From an uncultured delta proteobacterium (GTDB taxonomy: Bacteria > Desulfobacterota > BSN033 > UBA1163), in NCBI GenBank assembly GCA_963827685.1, contig CAWHBU010000004.1, forward strand, positions 96,001 to 160,000: a DNA stretch of 64,000 nucleotides, read 5' to 3'. Below, in pieces: positions 18,279 through 29,600 of this stretch (the stretch's first letter is position 1; the number at the start of each line of letters is the position of its first letter). A program made the translations under genes and the position numbers. The notes under the pieces were generated by a model. That model ran no database searches, was not told the DNA's origin, and worked only from the letters and a program-made list of their open reading frames with translations.

Positions 18279-20597
18279 ATGGAACAGAATATTGATGTTG
18301 AGGCATTGAAACAAAGGGTGACCGAGCTGGAGAAAAGGGTAAAAGAGTATGAGCGAAGAGAGGCAAAGCAGGGTCTCCAAGAGGTGACCAAACGTCTTGA
18401 GAAGATTGCCGAGATGGGTGACGACGGTATTATCGTCTTCGACGAGGATTATAAGATTGGGTTCGCCAACCCCATTGCTTCCGAACTGACCGGATATCCG
18501 AAAGGGAAATTGGTGGGGATGGATTTCCGGCGTCTCTTGGGTGAAGGGGATATCGGTTATCTTGGTCAGATGCACTCTCAGGTGGGGGCGGATGAAAGCA
18601 AACGAGTCTGTACAGAGATGGAGGTCTTAACGGAGAAAGGTCTGAAACGGGATGCCGAGGTCTGCATCACAATTGCGAAGAAGGAGAAGGGTGGTGTCCA
18701 GACCTATGCGTATTTAAGGGATATCACAGAGAGGAAGAGGATGGAGAGGGAGATCCGGGAGGCCACGAAACGCTTTGAAAAGATCGCTGAGATGGGAGAA
18801 GATGGGATCATTGTTTTCGATGAAAATTCCCGGATCGAATTTGCCAATCAAATGGCCTCTGAGATTATGGGTTTTCCGAAAGACCGGATCCTCGGTCGAG
18901 AATTTTTCTCCCTCATCGGTAAACGGGACGAAGAGTTTTTAGAAGAGATGGTCATGCGGGGAGAAGGCTTGGGTCAGAAGGTCTGTACGGAGATGTCCCT
19001 TCACACTCCGCAAGACAAGATCAAAGAGACAGAAGTCTGCATCGCCCCGACACAATCAGAGGATGGCCGGATCAGGACCTATGCCTACATACGGGACATC
19101 ACGGAAAGAAAAAAGTTTGAGAAAGATTTAAGGGAATCAGAGGAGAAATACCGGAACCTCTTCGAAAGGGTTCGGCATGGACTCTACATCAGCAGCAAAG
19201 AAGGACATTTTCTCGACTGTAATCAAGCCATGTGGGGGTTGCTGGGATACCAAGATAAAGAGGAGTTCTTGAAGATCGACATCGTCAAAGATCTCTATGT
19301 GAACCCCGAAGATCGGAAAACTTTTATGGCGCTCGTTGAAAAATTAGGATTTGTTAAAGATTTTGAAGTGGAGTTTAAGAAGAAAAATGGCGAGAGGATC
19401 ACGGTCCTTCTCACTGCCACTGCAAAAAGGGATGAAAAGGGAACGATCATTGGATATGAAGGCCTCAATATCGACATCACCGACCGGAAGAAAATGGAAA
19501 GGGAGTTGAAAGAGGCGAACGACTTTCTAATGGACCTGATCGAGAGCTCTGTGGATGGCATCGTTGTCACCAACATGAAGGGAGATATCCTCATCTTCAA
19601 TAGAGGGGCGGAAAATATCCTTGGTTACAACCGGGAGGAAGTGGTGGGAAAAATGAATATTCGAAACATCTATCCGCCCGGCGTCGCCAGAGAGGTGATG
19701 GAAAAACTGAAGAGTCCTGATTTTGGAGGAGTGGGAAAGTTGACCTCCTTCCCTATTTTCCACCAGAGAAAAGACGGAGAACTGATCGAAGGAGATCTTT
19801 CAGCGTCTGTCATCTATGATGAGAAAGGGCATGAGATCGCCAGCATTGGCATCTTCAAGGACCTCAGGGAGAGATTGGGGATAGAGAGAGAACTCCAGAA
19901 GATGCAGGAGGCTCTTCTTCAATCTGAAAAGTTGGCTGCCATGGGAAGGCTCACCTCTCAGATCGCTCATGAATTGAACAACCCCATCTACGGTATTATG
20001 AACACCCTGGAGCTTCTCAAGACGGAAATCCCTCCGGAGAGTAAGAGAAGGAGAATTTTAGAATTATCCCTCTCAGAAATTCAGAGGCTCTCTGAGATGC
20101 TCCGGAACATGCTTAGTTTTTCAAAACCTGAAGAAGAAAAGCGAAGGCCCGTCAAAATAGATGGGCTCATTGAGGGAATCCTGTTGGTAATGGAAAAACA
20201 GATGAAAGAATCGAATATTCAGGTGGAGGTATCCTTTGATCCTGACATTCCAGAAATCATGGCCTCCACCAACCAAATGAGACAGGTATTGCTGAACATC
20301 TTCAAAAATGCCAAGGAGGCCATGCCAAAGGGAGGCACCCTCTTCGTCAGAACGAGCAAAGAGGATAATAGGGTCTTGGTTCATATTCAGGATACAGGAA
20401 TAGGAATCGCAGAGGAGATTAAGGATAAGATCTTCGAGGCCTTTTTTACAACCAAACAGAAGGTGAAGGGAGTTGGGTTGGGACTTTCGGTCTGTTACGG
20501 AATTATAAAAGATCATGGTGGGGAGATCACGGTAGAGAGCGAAGAGGGGAAAGGCACCACCTTCAGCATTCGTTTACCTATTGAGAGTCGAAATTAA
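18279..20597 (+). CDS. Cytoplasmic multi-PAS sensor histidine kinase
   Basis: Four PAS repeats ending DITER; AHELNNP; FFTTK; GLGL. Confidence 0.92.
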   Translation: MEQNIDVEALKQRVTELEKRVKEYERREAKQGLQEVTKRLEKIAEMGDDGIIVFDEDYKIGFANPIASELTGYPKGKLVGMDFRRLLGEGDIGYLGQMHSQVGADESKRVCTEMEVLTEKGLKRDAEVCITIAKKEKGGVQTYAYLRDITERKRMEREIREATKRFEKIAEMGEDGIIVFDENSRIEFANQMASEIMGFPKDRILGREFFSLIGKRDEEFLEEMVMRGEGLGQKVCTEMSLHTPQDKIKETEVCIAPTQSEDGRIRTYAYIRDITERKKFEKDLRESEEKYRNLFERVRHGLYISSKEGHFLDCNQAMWGLLGYQDKEEFLKIDIVKDLYVNPEDRKTFMALVEKLGFVKDFEVEFKKKNGERITVLLTATAKRDEKGTIIGYEGLNIDITDRKKMERELKEANDFLMDLIESSVDGIVVTNMKGDILIFNRGAENILGYNREEVVGKMNIRNIYPPGVAREVMEKLKSPDFGGVGKLTSFPIFHQRKDGELIEGDLSASVIYDEKGHEIASIGIFKDLRERLGIERELQKMQEALLQSEKLAAMGRLTSQIAHELNNPIYGIMNTLELLKTEIPPESKRRRILELSLSEIQRLSEMLRNMLSFSKPEEEKRRPVKIDGLIEGILLVMEKQMKESNIQVEVSFDPDIPEIMASTNQMRQVLLNIFKNAKEAMPKGGTLFVRTSKEDNRVLVHIQDTGIGIAEEIKDKIFEAFFTTKQKVKGVGLGLSVCYGIIKDHGGEITVESEEGKGTTFSIRLPIESRN

Positions 20598-21071
20598 GAC
20601 ACAAAAAACGAGTGAAAAATATCGGCACAGTGAATTGGAAGTTTATTCTCACTTTGATAATCTTCAACAAAAATCTGAATTCGGAAACTCCGCCATCACG
20701 TGTTGGAAAGGTTTAAGATTCACGGAGACCTGATTCAATTCTAATATGTTTTTGTCGATCGGACTCCCGCAAAATTATCTTCTGAATCCGTTTGCATACA
20801 AAACACATTGGCCACCTTTCCTCCGTTTTTCATAAATCGGATGGTGGAGAGGAGATCGTTGAATCAAGGTTTCTTTTGCCATGAGTGGGTCGAAATCTTT
20901 TGGTTAATATTGAGGAAAGTAAAAATTATGCCTTAAGGGGTTTTAAAATAATTGGATAATTGTTATATTATGGAAGAAAGGGATTGACTACAATGCTCAT
21001 CATATAGGGGAGAAGAAAACCCCAAAGCAGTTTGGCCCTGATAATCTCTTGGGCCGTCGGGAATATGAATT

Positions 21072-23030
21072 GTGTTTTACTCCACTCGATCTAAACTCAT
21101 CCTCAGTTTTCTTGGCATTTCCTTCCTTGTGTGTGGAGTCGCTCTTCTAGTGGGAGGGCAACTCCTTTACAAAGCGGTGCTCAACGAGGCAACGAATCGG
21201 GTCCGGTTGGATCTCAATGCCGCACGGGAAATCTATCTCTCGCGTATCAAAGGGGTAAAAGTCGCTCTCAACATTACCACCTTAGGGCCGGTATTCCGAT
21301 CAGCCCTTGAAAGACGGGATGCTCAGAGAATTATTCCTTTGTTGACAAATATCGCTCAGCAAACCGAATTGGATTTCGCAGGGATTGTTACGAAAGAAGG
21401 AAAAGCGCTATGCCGTATCGGACCCAATTCCATACCAAAAGGAAATAGTCCTACAAATCCAATTGCCAATTTAGCGCTCCAACAACAGATTGCTGTCTCA
21501 GGAACAGTCATTTTGAGCAACAAGTTTCTATTCTATGAGAATCCCGAACTCGCTGATCGAGCCGGAATCAAATTACTTCCCACAAAGAGAGCCACGCCAC
21601 GGCCCGAGACAGAGGAACTCTCGGGGATGGCTCTTGCGGCCGCTGTTCCGATCTTCGAAGCTGGAAATTTTCTTGGTGTTCTCTACGGAGGCGTGCTCCT
21701 CAACCGAAGTCAAGAGATTGTGGACCGAGTGCGGGACACTGTTTTTCAACACGAGATCTACAAGGGCCAGAGTATAGGCACAGCCACTATCTTTTTTAAG
21801 GATATTCGTATCTCCACAAATGTTCTTTCACCCGATGGAAGTCGAGCGATTGGAACAGTGGCCTCGGAGGAAGTCACAAAACGTGTCTTGACAGAGGGGA
21901 AAAAGTGGACAGATCGTGCCTTCGTTGTCAATGATTGGTTTATCACAGCCTATGAGCCCATCGAAGACATCTTTGGCCAAAGGGTTGGAATGCTTTATGT
22001 CGGAGTGTTGGAAGCAAAGTATGCGGATGTCCGCTGGAAGGCCCTCTCTCTTTTTATAATGATCACCGTAGCAGGAATGGTCTTAGCCATTGGCTTGGGA
22101 TATATTATTGCCAGCAAGATGAGTCGGCCAGTGAAACAGCTCATCGAGGCAAGCAATCAAGTTTCACAGGGCAACCTCTCTCCAGAGATCGGACCGATCT
22201 CAAAAAGTGAGCTGGGTGTTCTCCAGAAAACGTTCAAACAAATGTTGACTTCCCTCCAGGAAAGGGATAAACGTCAAAGGGTGGAAAGCGAGATAAAACT
22301 CCTGCAATCAGAAAAACAGGCGAGCATTGGCAAGCTTGCGGGCGGGGTGGCACACGAGATCAACAATCCTCTGACCGGGATATTTACCTTCACCCACATG
22401 TTGCTTCGCCGAAAGGACATTCCAGAGGATGTTCGCGCAGACCTCGAAACGATCGGCCAGGAGACGGAACGGGTTCGAAAAATTGTCAAAGGGCTGCTCG
22501 ATTTCTCACGTCAGACAGAACTCGACCGTGAGCCGACAGACGTCAATCGCCTTATCCGTTTCACCCTCTCCCTTGTCGAAAACCAGGCCCTCATCAAAGG
22601 CGTAAGCTTAAATTTTGAGCCAGGGGAAGGGCTTCCGATGATTACTTTAGACAGAAATCAGATGCAAAGTGTTTTACTCAATATCATTATCAATGCCCTG
22701 GATGCCACAGACCCGGGCGGAAGTATCACCGTCGCAAGTGGTATCGGCGTATCCACTAGCCATCCTGGTCAAAATGGTATTGAAATTTTATGTACGGATA
22801 CAGGTTGTGGTATTCCTCCTGAGAACCTTAATAAGCTTTTCGATCCTTTCTTTACAACCAAAGACGTTGGACATGGTACGGGTTTAGGGCTATCGGTGTC
22901 GTATGGTATCGTTGAACGCCATGGAGGGACCATGTGGGTTCAGAGTAAGGTTGGCAAAGGGAGCACCTTTAAGGTCTGGCTACCCATAGAGGAGCAAAGG
23001 GTAGGGGATGAAAATATTAGTGGTGGATGA
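21072..23030 (+). CDS. Cache-HAMP membrane histidine kinase
   Basis: Two TMs; GTATIF..DIRISTNV..G.RAIGT Cache motif; AHEINNP; GTGLGL. Confidence 0.9.
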   Translation: MFYSTRSKLILSFLGISFLVCGVALLVGGQLLYKAVLNEATNRVRLDLNAAREIYLSRIKGVKVALNITTLGPVFRSALERRDAQRIIPLLTNIAQQTELDFAGIVTKEGKALCRIGPNSIPKGNSPTNPIANLALQQQIAVSGTVILSNKFLFYENPELADRAGIKLLPTKRATPRPETEELSGMALAAAVPIFEAGNFLGVLYGGVLLNRSQEIVDRVRDTVFQHEIYKGQSIGTATIFFKDIRISTNVLSPDGSRAIGTVASEEVTKRVLTEGKKWTDRAFVVNDWFITAYEPIEDIFGQRVGMLYVGVLEAKYADVRWKALSLFIMITVAGMVLAIGLGYIIASKMSRPVKQLIEASNQVSQGNLSPEIGPISKSELGVLQKTFKQMLTSLQERDKRQRVESEIKLLQSEKQASIGKLAGGVAHEINNPLTGIFTFTHMLLRRKDIPEDVRADLETIGQETERVRKIVKGLLDFSRQTELDREPTDVNRLIRFTLSLVENQALIKGVSLNFEPGEGLPMITLDRNQMQSVLLNIIINALDATDPGGSITVASGIGVSTSHPGQNGIEILCTDTGCGIPPENLNKLFDPFFTTKDVGHGTGLGLSVSYGIVERHGGTMWVQSKVGKGSTFKVWLPIEEQRVGDENISGG

Positions 23031-23400
23031 TGATGCCATTGTGATCAAAAGTTGCCGGCGCATCCTCGAAGCAGAAGGATTCGAAGTCACCACGGTCCCC
23101 AGCGCAGACGAGGCACTGGAGAGAATTAAAGTTTACGACTTTGATCTTGTGCTCATGGATGTGAAGATGCCTAAACACGATGGAATCTTCCTCATGCGAG
23201 AAATTAAAAAAAATTGGCCGGACATCCCGATCATCGTGATGAGCGGTTACCCCACTCCAGAGACCATTGCCGATGTGCTGAAATTAGGGGCCGCCCAGTT
23301 TATTCCAAAACCTTTTAAACCTGACGAATTTATGAAATCCATTCGGCAGGTCATTCATAAGATGTCGCATAAGAGATCTTTTCCCACAGGAGCTGGGTGA
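23008..23400 (+). CDS. Single-domain response regulator
   Basis: VDDD, D-VKMP, KPF. Confidence 0.9.
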   Translation: MKILVVDDDAIVIKSCRRILEAEGFEVTTVPSADEALERIKVYDFDLVLMDVKMPKHDGIFLMREIKKNWPDIPIIVMSGYPTPETIADVLKLGAAQFIPKPFKPDEFMKSIRQVIHKMSHKRSFPTGAG

Positions 23401-23405
23401 AAAGC

Positions 23406-23570
23406 TAAAAATCCAAATTTCAAAATCCCTGCCTGCGCTGAGGTTTCGGCAGGTAGACAAATGTCAAATGAATGTCAAAGACCAAACGCAAAAAGAATTT
23501 TTTGATTTCGAACTATTAATATTTTGAATTTATCCATTGGGATTTCATTTGATCTTTGAAATTTGACATT
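23406..23570. repeat. Periodic hairpin with nested CCTGCC...GGCAGG insert
   Basis: TCAAAT/ATTTGA units; CCTGCCTGCGCTGAGGTTTCGGCAGG at about 23428-23453. Confidence 0.65.
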
Positions 23571-23598
23571 AATCTATTTCATGCGAAGGGGGAACACC

Positions 23599-24861
23599 AT
23601 GGCTGAGAAGATGCTGGTTATCGATGACGAAGAGATTGTACTGAAATCGTGCCGAAAAATATTTGAGGCGGAAGGTTTCGAAGTGGTAACAACTGCCAAT
23701 CCTCAAGAAGGTCTCAAACTTGTCTCCGAAAAATCCTTCGACGTGATTCTCTGTGACTGGATGATGCCGGGTTTTGACGGGATGGATGTGGTGGAGGAGA
23801 TTGACAAGCGTTCACCGAATTCAACCGTGGTTATGATCAGTGGTTACCCTTCTGTTGGGCGGGCGACCGAAGCGATGAAGCGAGGAGCGATGGATTATGT
23901 GGCCAAACCCTTCCGGCCAGAGGAGATCATCGAGGTTGTTAAAAAGGCAGTGAGACGCAAGGTCACTGAAGAGAAAAAAGCCATCGGACGATTTGAGAGC
24001 TTTATGAAGTCCTGGCAATTTCCGGTGCCGGCATTAGAGGATAGGGCGCCTAAGACAATCGCCGAGACGGTCGCTCAAACCGTGGGGGTAGCGAAGGCGA
24101 CCTCACCCTGGTTCACTGTATTTGTACTAGGAATTCTGGCTGGGGCTTATATTGGTTTTGGAGGTTTACTTTCAACAACCGTGACCTTTGATATGGCCGC
24201 CAAATGGGGCATCGGCTTCACAAAAATCCTAGGAGGAGCTGCTTTTAGCGTAGGCCTGATGCTTGTGGTCATTGCGGGGGCGGAGTTATTCACCGGCAAC
24301 AACTTGATGGTTTCAAGTGTCATGATGAAAGAGATCAGTTTCAGCACCATGTTAAAGAGATGGGGAGTTGTTTTTCTCGCCAATTTCATCGGATCGATTA
24401 TCATTGCGTTGGTATTTTACTTTTCCGGGCTCTGGAAGACCGGCGACGGGGCGCTGGGCGCGGCTGCGGTTAAGACTGCTTATAACAAAGTCGCCCTGAG
24501 CTTCGGCGAGGCGCTATGGCGTGGGATTGGCTGCAACTGGCTGGTCTGTCTGGCCGTCTGGATGGCTCTTGCGGCTCGCCAAATTATAGGGAAGATATTC
24601 GCCATCTTCTTTCCGATCATGGCCTTTGTTGCCATCGGGTTTGAGCACAGTGTTGCCAATATGTACTTCATCCCAACGGGAATATTGCTGATGAACGGAG
24701 CTGGATTCAGCAGCGTTCCAGGGGTCGATCCGAATATCCTCTGTTGGATCAATTTCTTGTGGAGGAACTTGCTCCCTGTAACAATAGGAAACATCATCGG
24801 TGGCGCGGTATTTGTGGGAATGAGTTATTGGGGAGCCTACCTCAGACCGAAGACCGATTAA
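23599..24861 (+). CDS. Receiver domain fused to a formate/nitrite transporter (FNT) channel
   Basis: REC: IDDE, CDWMMP, KPF. FNT: AGAYIGFG, AELFTGN, CNWLVCLA, FEHSVANM, GNIIGG. One continuous ORF. Confidence 0.9.
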   Translation: MAEKMLVIDDEEIVLKSCRKIFEAEGFEVVTTANPQEGLKLVSEKSFDVILCDWMMPGFDGMDVVEEIDKRSPNSTVVMISGYPSVGRATEAMKRGAMDYVAKPFRPEEIIEVVKKAVRRKVTEEKKAIGRFESFMKSWQFPVPALEDRAPKTIAETVAQTVGVAKATSPWFTVFVLGILAGAYIGFGGLLSTTVTFDMAAKWGIGFTKILGGAAFSVGLMLVVIAGAELFTGNNLMVSSVMMKEISFSTMLKRWGVVFLANFIGSIIIALVFYFSGLWKTGDGALGAAAVKTAYNKVALSFGEALWRGIGCNWLVCLAVWMALAARQIIGKIFAIFFPIMAFVAIGFEHSVANMYFIPTGILLMNGAGFSSVPGVDPNILCWINFLWRNLLPVTIGNIIGGAVFVGMSYWGAYLRPKTD

Positions 24862-25098
24862 AGCAACTGTCAACTAAAATACGCTTTCTACCTCCGGGCA
24901 TCATTCGGCAGTAGACCGATGATGCCCTTTTCTTCCTTCATCCTTGTACCACCTTCCATTTTTGCTAAGGGCATAGTAAAATTAATTAATAAAATCAAAT
25001 AATTATAATAAAAAAATTTAGGGCAAGAAATTTTTATTGACAAATTATAAATTCTATAGTAATTGAAAAAATGGTAAATTCTATAAAAGGAGAAAATT

Positions 25099-25671
25099 AT
25101 GGAAATTCTAACTGTATCACAGGCAAGTAAGTATTGTAAGGTCTCATCCAAAACAATCATCAACTGGATCGATGCGGGCTATATCAAGGCTTATAAAACC
25201 GTAGGGGGACATCGCAGGATTAAAAAAGAGGATCTGGATCAGTTTCTTAAAGAGAAGGGAATGCCTCTTCCAGAAGAGGCAAAAACAGAGGAGAGGAAAA
25301 AAATTCTTGTCGTGGATGATGACAAGATCATCGTGGAGACGATTGTGCAGGCCCTTGAGGAGGATGAGTACGGATATGAGATGATCTCCGCTTCAGACGG
25401 CTTTGAGGCAGGCCTTCAAGTTAACCATTTTAAACCGGACCTCTTGATCCTGGATATCATGATGCCCGACATCAATGGATATGAAGTCTGTCAAAAGATC
25501 AAATCCAGTCCCGAAACGAAGGACACTAAAATCATTGTGCTCTCAGCCTATCTCGATGACGATGCCTTCAATCAGATGAAAGGATACGGTGCAGATGCAT
25601 GCTTCTCGAAACCCCTTCCTTTAGAACAATTAAAATTCGAGGTAGCCAAACTATTGGGTTTGAAAAAGTGA
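25099..25671 (+). CDS. Excisionase/MerR-type HTH plus receiver-domain regulator
   Basis: TVSQASKYCKVSSKTIINW..G...AYKTVGGHRRI followed by VDDD, LDIMMP, KPL. Confidence 0.88.
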   Translation: MEILTVSQASKYCKVSSKTIINWIDAGYIKAYKTVGGHRRIKKEDLDQFLKEKGMPLPEEAKTEERKKILVVDDDKIIVETIVQALEEDEYGYEMISASDGFEAGLQVNHFKPDLLILDIMMPDINGYEVCQKIKSSPETKDTKIIVLSAYLDDDAFNQMKGYGADACFSKPLPLEQLKFEVAKLLGLKK

Positions 25672-25721
25672 AAGGTTTTGGAATACTACCAAAGTTATTT
25701 TAAACTAAAGAGGAGAGGACA

Positions 25722-26603
25722 ATGAGTTTACAAGAAAATTTAAAAAATAAGAGATTTATAGTGACTTCAGAGATTCAACCCCCTATCGGCACTGGTATCC
25801 AAGACCTTATCCGGAATGTGGAGCGAATTCGAGGGAGAGTGGATGCCCTGACCGTCCCTGAACTGAAGATAGAGGGTTTGGTGACTGATACGATGGGAAC
25901 CTGCCGGGCCCTAAAGGACCAAAAATTCGACCCGATCCTTCAGACCACCTGTCGGGAGAAAAATAGGCTTGATATCCAAGAACATCTCCTACGGGCCTCG
26001 GAATCTGGAGTAGAGAATATTCTCACCTTCACAGAAGATTATCGTATCACCGGAGATAGCCTCCAGGAGATTATGTTCTTCCATGTGGATTCGGGGAAGC
26101 TTTTTTCCGTTATCGAAAGCCTTCGTGAAGGTCAGGATATTTCCGGCAAAGAAATCCGGGTCAAACCCAAATTCTTTGTGGGATCAGGGATTGATTCGAA
26201 TTGGGGAAAGAAAGTGCCTGATCTGGAGTTAAAAGAGATGGAGGAATTGGCTGGTTTAGGGACTCAGTATTTTCTCACCACTCCAATCTTTGATCTTGAT
26301 TCCTTCCATGAGTTCATGAAAAAGGTGGGACCGATAAAAATACCGGTGGTCGCGGAAATCATTTTGGTGAGATCAGCAGAGATGGGTCTCTTTCTCAACA
26401 AACATGTCAAGCCAGGGATGGTTCCCAACCATATCATTGAAAAGTTAGCCAAGGCTCCAGATAAAGAGAAAGCGAGCATTGAGATTGTCAGTGATCTGGT
26501 GAAAGGGCTGAGGGACCTTTGCCAAGGGGTCCATTTTATTCCGATCGGAGCAGAAGATCGAATTTCAAAATATCTCGATGCAGCCAAGATTTCATCAATT
26601 TAG
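25722..26603 (+). CDS. Divergent methylenetetrahydrofolate reductase (MetF-like) paralogue
   Basis: TSEIQPP, PILQTTCREKNR, GVHFIPIG; clear similarity to the MetF at 33053. Confidence 0.8.
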   Translation: MSLQENLKNKRFIVTSEIQPPIGTGIQDLIRNVERIRGRVDALTVPELKIEGLVTDTMGTCRALKDQKFDPILQTTCREKNRLDIQEHLLRASESGVENILTFTEDYRITGDSLQEIMFFHVDSGKLFSVIESLREGQDISGKEIRVKPKFFVGSGIDSNWGKKVPDLELKEMEELAGLGTQYFLTTPIFDLDSFHEFMKKVGPIKIPVVAEIILVRSAEMGLFLNKHVKPGMVPNHIIEKLAKAPDKEKASIEIVSDLVKGLRDLCQGVHFIPIGAEDRISKYLDAAKISSI

Positions 26604-26693
26604 AATTTGGAAATTAAGGGATTTAGGGATTGTTCAATTCACAATTCCTCAATTCGAGAATTTTGCGGTTTAATTTTGAAAGGATTCACTGTT

Positions 26694-29600
26694 ATGAGTC
26701 CAAATGAAAATCGGAAGATTGGTGCGGCGTTAGTCGTGGGGGGAGGAATCGCCGGGATTCAAGCCGCCCTTGATTTGGCTAATTCAGGAATCAAAGTTTA
26801 TCTCTTAGAACACTCCCCAGCCATTGGTGGGAAAATGGCTCAACTCGATAAAACCTTCCCCACCAATGACTGCGCTATGTGTATTGTTTCTCCAAAGTTG
26901 GTGGAGGCAGGAAGACATCTCAACATCGAAATCATTACCAACTCAGAACTTGTCTCTTTGGAAGGTGAGGCTGGGCATTTCAAAGCAAATATTCGGAAAC
27001 ATCCCCGCTACGTCGATATGAGTAAATGCACGAGTTGTAATGATTGTACAGAGGTCTGTCCTATTCTCCTGCCGAATGAATTTAATGAGGGATTGGATCA
27101 GAGAAAGGCTATTTATCGGCCTTATCCTCAGGCTGTTCCCAACACCTTTCTGGTCACTAAAAGAGGAACCAGTCCTTGCAAAAACACCTGCCCCGCCGAG
27201 ACGAGCGCACAAGGCTACATAGCTCTGATCCAGGCAGGCCGGTATAAAGAAGCCCTCGATGTGGTCAAAGAATATAATCCGTTTCCTGCCTCGGTAGGGC
27301 GTGTTTGTAATCACCCTTGTGAAGAGAAATGTAATCGAGGAAAGCTTGACAGCCCTGTTGCCATCTGCAGCCTGAAGCGTTTTGTAGCGGATTGGGTGTA
27401 TGAGCATCGTGATCAGTTAGAGAAGCAAATCACACCTCACGCTTCACGCCTGACGCTTGACGCTCCTAAAGAAGAACCAGTGCGGCCAAAAGCCAAAGTA
27501 GCAATTGTTGGGGCAGGCCCAGCAGGACTGAGCTGTGCCCATCAATTATCCCGCATGGGATATCAAACCACGATCTTTGAAGCCCTCCCCGTAGCAGGTG
27601 GAATGATGAGGGTAGGGATTCCCTCTTATCGTTTGCCCAGGGATGTGCTCCAGAGGGAAATTGATGAGATCTTGAATCACCCACTCGTTGCGTTGAAGCT
27701 CAATACCCCGATTCGAAATATCAACAGCCTCTTCGATGCTGGTTATTCTGCTGTCTTTTTGGCCATGGGTGCCCATGAGCCCCAGAAATTGGGCATTCCA
27801 GGGGAAGATGCCTTAGGGGTCCACTACGGGGTCCCTTTTCTCCAGGCTGTGAGCTTAGCTGAAAGACACGGAGTGATGGAGGGGTTTGAAGATCGTTTCC
27901 TGATCGCTTTTGGAATCCCCATCGCACCCAAAGTGGGAGAAAAGACCATCGTCATTGGAGGTGGAAATGTCGCCATTGATGCGGCCCGTACAGCCCTGAG
28001 GTTGGGCGCTAAAGGGGTCAGTATTCTCTATCGTCGATCTCGGGACGAGATGCCTGCCAATTCATGGGAGATTGAAGAGGCTGAGAGAGAAGGAATTGAA
28101 ATCCAAATCCTTACTTCGCCAGTCGAGGTGTTAGTGAAGGACGGCAGGGTTTCAGGTGTTCGATGTATCAAGATGGAGCTTGGTGAACCCGATGCCTCAG
28201 GACGAAGGAGGCCCATCCCCATCAAAGGCTCTGAGTTTATCGTGCCTGGAGATACCATGATTGCTTCGGTTGCACAGGCCCCGGAAATCTCCTTCCTCGA
28301 CGAATCCCATGGCCTTGAAGTGACCCCCAAGGGGACATTTGCCGTAGATCCACTTACCTTGACCACGAACCGACCGGGAGTCTTCGCGGGAGGCGATGTG
28401 GCAAGGGGTCCTTGGATACTGATCCAAGCCATTGCCGATGGCCGAAGAGGAGCGCTTTCCATTGATCGATATCTTAGAGGCGTTGATCTCCTCACCCCAA
28501 GAGAGCAGATTCCCCTTCCAGTAGTTGACCTATCTAAAGAAGAAATCAATCAGATGGTAGAAGAAGGGAAAGTAGACCTCACGCTAAGGACCGCAGTCCC
28601 CATGCTGCCAAAGGAAGACAGGATCAGAGATTTTCGAGAAGTGGAGTTGGTCCTCACCGAGGAACAGGCGAAGAAGGAAGCCGCGCGGTGTCTCGCCTGC
28701 GGCATCTGTTCAGAATGCCATCTCTGTGTCCAGGTTTGTAAAAGAGAAGCGATCGATCACCAACAGGCTGATCTGATGGAAGAATTAGGAGTAGGTTCTG
28801 TCATCCTCTCACCAGGTTATTCTCTCTACCGACCGGAACTTTCGCCCGAACTTGGCTATGGTCGTTATAACAATGTTGTGACGAGCATGGAATTTGAGAG
28901 GATGCTGAGCGCCTCGGGTCCCTGGGGAGGCCATGTCACTCGTCGATCGTCGGATCACCGAGAACCAAAGAAGATCGCATTTCTCCAATGCGTCGGATCG
29001 AGAGAGAAGGAGCGCGATTATTGCAGTTCGGTCTGCTGCATGTACGCTACTAAAGAGGCCATGCTCGCCATGGAGCATATCCCAGGAGTGGAGATTAAGA
29101 TCTTCCAAATGGATATGAGGGCATTTGGGAAAGGATTTGATGCTTACTTTGAAAGAGGGAAAGAAAAAGGAATTCAGTACATCCCTTGCCGCATTTCTGG
29201 ATTGGAAGAGGATCCTGAGACAAAGGACATTCTTATCCAATACGAAAGTTCCAATGGAAGTCATACCGTTAATAAAGAGGAGCGAGTTGACCTGGCGATA
29301 TTGAGCATTGGCATGGCAGCCCTTCCAGATGCTCAAATGTTGGCGAAGGCTTCAGGTATTGAACTCGATCCACATCAATTCTGCTTCACCCGAGACTTCC
29401 AACCCATTGAGACAAGCCGTTCCGGTGTTTACGCGTGCGGAGCTTTTACAGAGCCCAAAGATATTCCTGATAGTGTGATTCAAGCCAGTGGTGCAGCGGC
29501 CAAGGCCCTTTCTGTAATTGGAGAAGCCCGTGGGACGCTCGTTCGTAAGAAGGAATATCCTCCGGAAAGAGAGGTTCCCCCCGACGAAGAACCACGAATT

